DNA from: Candidatus Hadarchaeota archaeon
GTDB taxonomy: Archaea; Hadarchaeota; Hadarchaeia; Hadarchaeales; Hadarchaeaceae
NCBI GenBank assembly: GCA_040757795.1
Contig: JBFLWG010000001.1
Coordinates: forward strand, 1-46,784
Direction of reading: 5' to 3'
DNA: 46,784 nt
Of this stretch, positions 43,719 to 46,784 are shown in pieces. Position 1 is the stretch's first letter, and the number at the start of each line of letters is the position of its first letter. Below the pieces are notes generated by a model that saw only the letters and a list, made by a program, of their open reading frames with translations, was not told the origin of the DNA and did no database searches. The position numbers and the translations under genes were made by a program.

Positions 43719-45065
43719 CTAGAACTCGTAGGCCTTCCCGACCTCTATCTTCTCGTGGACTCCTTTGACTAGGCCGTGGAACAGCTCCGGCTGCTCGGAG
43801 TGGATTGGGAAGAGGTGTTTAGGGTTGACCTCCCTGACTATCCCCTCTATCTCCCTCCTCGAGCAGTGCCCGGATGAGTGGACCTGGTGGAAGCGCAGCT
43901 TGAAGTGCCTCAGCCAGTTGAGCATGACCTGGGCCTCGAACTCTTCCTCCGGGTAGGGTTCGGACATGGAGTAAACAAAATGGCTTCCCCGGTCGGGATT
44001 TATGTCGACAAATTCGGCAAAATGGTAAAAGTCCAGGTTCAGCAGAAAATCCTTCTGGCGCTTGTGGATGTCATCGGCTTTGAGCGCTCCATCGATGAAC
44101 GGCCTCTCCCACTTGTCGTAGTCCTTTTCCAGGTAGCCGCCGCTCTCCTTCCTGCGGGCGTAGACGAGGTAATCCCTGCCGATCTTAGGGACGTCTAGCC
44201 CCTCTTTTGCCAGGCTTGAGAGCAGGAACGCGGTTCTTGTGGGGAGTACTAATTTTCTGCCGATGTCCTTCGCCACCTTCACGAAAGTAGCCATCCTGTC
44301 GATGTCCCTCGGGTAGAACGTGGCAACGGCGAGTCTTTTCGCGTCCGAGAGGAACTCGCGGCTCTTGGCCCCGACGTCGCTCTCTCCCCCGACGTACCTC
44401 TGCCTTTCCTCGGTGGACATCCTGGTCCCCTCGCATATCATGGCGACCGGCGCCTCCTTGGCCGCGGCGGAGATGAACCGCTCCGTCAGCTCGGCGCTCG
44501 GGCCGTGCTTTCGGAAGTCGCCGGTGTAGACCACGGCGCCGCTTGACGTGTGGATGATGAAGCCGCACGCCCCAGGGGCCGAGTGGTCAACGCCCATGGG
44601 GATGACCTCAATTGAGCCGACCTTTATCTTCTTCCCCGGCTCGAAGGCGCGGTAGTCGTGCTCGCCGAACTTTATCTGGCTGGTAGTCTCGATTGCGTCG
44701 ACGGCCGCCTTGGCCACCCTGCTGATGTGGACCGGAATAGAACTATCAACCAAATCCAGACGGGCGATGTGGTCGTAGTGGGGGTGGGAAATGAAGATGG
44801 CGTCAAAATCTGGCTTGTGGTACTTCAGGTCCGTAAACCTCAGCGCCTCTCTCGAGTAAAGGCCGCGGATCTTTGGCACAAGCCCGAACTCGAAATAGTC
44901 CTTCGCCCCGGCGACGCCGCGCGGCTGGATCCATCCCGTGAAATAGTCCTCGCCGCTGCCGAAGCTCTGCCCGAACTCCAGCCAGACCCTCGTTCCGCCG
45001 TCCTCAAGCAGGATCTTGCTGCCTCCGATTTCGCCGATGCCGCCGTAGAATGTGACTTTGGTCAT
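43719..45065 (-). CDS. Metallo-beta-lactamase / beta-CASP ribonuclease, archaeal RNase J-like
   Basis: FYGGIGEIGGSKILLE, SHPHYDH (HxHxDH), 448 aa, and a C-terminal SGH motif. Confidence 0.72.
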   Translation of the reverse strand: MTKVTFYGGIGEIGGSKILLEDGGTRVWLEFGQSFGSGEDYFTGWIQPRGVAGAKDYFEFGLVPKIRGLYSREALRFTDLKYHKPDFDAIFISHPHYDHIARLDLVDSSIPVHISRVAKAAVDAIETTSQIKFGEHDYRAFEPGKKIKVGSIEVIPMGVDHSAPGACGFIIHTSSGAVVYTGDFRKHGPSAELTERFISAAAKEAPVAMICEGTRMSTEERQRYVGGESDVGAKSREFLSDAKRLAVATFYPRDIDRMATFVKVAKDIGRKLVLPTRTAFLLSSLAKEGLDVPKIGRDYLVYARRKESGGYLEKDYDKWERPFIDGALKADDIHKRQKDFLLNLDFYHFAEFVDINPDRGSHFVYSMSEPYPEEEFEAQVMLNWLRHFKLRFHQVHSSGHCSRREIEGIVREVNPKHLFPIHSEQPELFHGLVKGVHEKIEVGKAYEF

Positions 45066-45070
45066 CAGAT

Positions 45071-45087
45071 TATCCTGCTGCAGGATA
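45071..45087. promoter_or_regulatory. Inverted repeat TATCCTGC-T-GCAGGATA in the divergent intergenic region
   Basis: 8-bp perfect arms read directly, 6 nt upstream of the RNase J-like start codon. Confidence 0.25.
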
Positions 45088-45157
45088 GGTAAAAAACTCC
45101 GCGCTCGCCCCTAACACAATAATTTATTTTATCGTATCTTGTAAATTATGCGATTGA

Positions 45158-46784
45158 ATGGCCCTTGAAGGATTGGATGGAAAGTACGTGGACATCGGAG
45201 CGTCTGGCGCCCTGCTGATAGTGCTGCTGGCGCTCGCCGTCTGTCTCCCGGCTTATTACATCCTCAGGAAAAAAGTGGAAAAGAAACTTGTCCTTGCAGT
45301 GCTCGGCCTGTTCCTCGCAGGCTATGCTTTCAGGATGTTCTTCATGCTGAGGAACCCCCTGGTCTACGGGATAGACGGCCCCTACTACGTCGAGCAGGTT
45401 AACAGCATCGTTGCCACCGGGGCGCCTTCGGAGCCAGCCGTCGAGCCACTCATTCTTTACTTGGCGAGCGGTGCATCCGTCTTCACGAACGACGCGACCC
45501 TAGGCATAAAGATCACGCAGGCATTCCTTTCGGCGCTGCCAATCCTTACCATTTGGCTGCTAGTGTATTACCTGACTAGGAGCAAGCTGGCGAGCTTTGC
45601 GGCCGCGCTTCTGATGACTTTCTCTGCGGTGAGCATGGGGATATCTGACGCCCTGAGAAACGCCGGCGCGCTTGCATTTCTGCCGTCGTTCTACCTGTTT
45701 TTCTTCAAGTTCGTCAACGGCGAGGGGCCCGAGTGGAAGTTGAAGGCCCTGAAAATTTGGAAAATGAAAGTGGGGCTGGCGCTCAACCTGAACCTGTTGC
45801 TTTCCTTCATCATCTACCTCTTGATAATCGCCAGCCACTTCCTAACTGCCGGGTTTGTCGTCATGACGGTGGTGGCGTACATCGCGTTCTTCACTGGTTA
45901 TCGCAGGAAAATCCCGTGGAAAGAGCTAAAGTTCATGATGACCTTGGCGATTGCAGTATTGCTGGGCATGGCAGCCTCCAGCACCGTCCGCGGCAAGATA
46001 TTCGCGGTGTCGAACGACCTCGCCAAAAGCGACCCCGTCCCCTCTGGCCTTTTCCCTTTCTCGGAATCACCGCTGCCAGTCCCCCCTGGAGGCGAGGGCG
46101 GCGCCCCACCAAGCTTTTTCATGATAATGGTGCCGTTGATCCTGCTGGCGCTTCCAGCGATGTTGTTCAGCCTACACCACAAAGATAAACGATACCTACT
46201 GTTCACGGCCACAATCCCATTGGTCATCCTCTGCATGCAAACATGGATAGTCAACTACATGTACGGGTTCAGATTCTTCATAATGGTTTATGTTGCGCTT
46301 TATGTGCTGGGGGGGGTTTCCGTCTGGTGTCTCCGGGACAGGGCAAAAAAAGTCTCCGCTGCCGTGCTTGCCGCCGGCATTGTCTTTTCCCTTGTATCAA
46401 TCGCGGGCATGGCTGCTGGGACCTCAAGCTGGATTTCTCAGGAAACTTGGAATCAGTTGAGTTGGATAGGCCGGCGGCTACCTGAAAACTCGATAATCAC
46501 AACTTCGGAGGGCGGGCTGTTTTACTGGGGACAGCTGGTATTCGGAAAGACGCTGGGTTCTTCCTTCCTGCCTGGGTGGGCTTCATCGCTGAGCAGCCTG
46601 GCAATGCAGATGAGGCAATTCCAAAACCCGGACAATATTGTTCTGGCAGTTGTTAACAAGAATATTGCTGCGGGCGAGAACCTCCAAAAGCTGGGCCTTC
46701 AACTGTATGATAACCTGCAGACTGAAAATTACATCGTGCTAAAGCTGGATGAAAACTCCGATAACACGATTAGTGGATACAGTG
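45158..46784 (+). CDS. Large polytopic membrane protein, 3'-truncated by the window edge (GT-C-type glycosyltransferase-like, tentative)
   Basis: Absent from the ORF track because it runs off the window. My hand translation from ATG 45158 is open to 46784 (more than 540 aa). It has more than 10 hydrophobic helices, a first loop reading YGIDGPYYVEQ, and a soluble C-terminal part. Confidence 0.6.
   Translation, partial: MALEGLDGKYVDIGASGALLIVLLALAVCLPAYYILRKKVEKKLVLAVLGLFLAGYAFRMFFMLRNPLVYGIDGPYYVEQVNSIVATGAPSEPAVEPLILYLASGASVFTNDATLGIKITQAFLSALPILTIWLLVYYLTRSKLASFAAALLMTFSAVSMGISDALRNAGALAFLPSFYLFFFKFVNGEGPEWKLKALKIWKMKVGLALNLNLLLSFIIYLLIIASHFLTAGFVVMTVVAYIAFFTGYRRKIPWKELKFMMTLAIAVLLGMAASSTVRGKIFAVSNDLAKSDPVPSGLFPFSESPLPVPPGGEGGAPPSFFMIMVPLILLALPAMLFSLHHKDKRYLLFTATIPLVILCMQTWIVNYMYGFRFFIMVYVALYVLGGVSVWCLRDRAKKVSAAVLAAGIVFSLVSIAGMAAGTSSWISQETWNQLSWIGRRLPENSIITTSEGGLFYWGQLVFGKTLGSSFLPGWASSLSSLAMQMRQFQNPDNIVLAVVNKNIAAGENLQKLGLQLYDNLQTENYIVLKLDENSDNTISGYS

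Noticed and set aside
1-46784. CRISPR arrays, rRNA genes, and further tRNAs or prophage blocks
   Set aside because: Every intergenic spacer is shorter than about 190 bp. I saw no regularly spaced direct repeats, and only one tRNA-like cloverleaf was found by eye.

Overview
Archaeal chromosomal segment, more than 90% coding. Hand-counted sample lines give about 55-60% GC. Start/stop overlaps of 4 nt are common, and several genes have a TATA-like box about 25 nt upstream, which suggests leaderless transcripts. I support about 55 genes, and two of them are cut by the window edges and so are absent from the ORF track. Backbone: a complete acetyl-cycle arginine pathway lies in two plus-strand blocks, argG-argH-argC (8.5-12.2 kb) and argJ-[fic insert]-argB-argD-argF-carbamate kinase (15.7-22.2 kb). 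A minus-strand cassette of three rhomboid paralogs separates the two blocks. Other backbone genes: CDP-archaeol synthase divergent from a Zn-ribbon radical-SAM enzyme that resembles tetraether synthase; archaeal DnaG, an RNase J-like beta-CASP nuclease, an Hjc-like nuclease, a RimI-type GNAT and a small Toprim protein; purine salvage (two Gpt-like PRTases, a PfkB kinase, a nucleoside phosphorylase); a CDF transporter and an ABC-2 exporter; and several envelope proteins. Most unusual observations: (1) a 1.2-kb AT-rich fic cassette is integrated into the 3' end of argJ, bounded by an exact 15-bp direct repeat, and an in-frame relic of an argJ C-terminus survives downstream. (2) A tight four-gene operon encodes a TIM-barrel sugar isomerase-like protein, a P-loop kinase-like protein, a SemiSWEET and a radical-SAM/SPASM enzyme, with no obvious known pathway. 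(3) tRNA-Gln(UUG) carries a 26-nt non-canonical intron in the D-loop that folds into a bulge-helix-bulge motif. (4) The rhomboid cassette holds two catalytically intact paralogs, one paralog that has lost all catalytic residues, and single-pass membrane proteins, one of them frameshifted. No CRISPR array, rRNA, transposase or integrase was seen. All functional calls come from motif recognition by eye, not from database searches.
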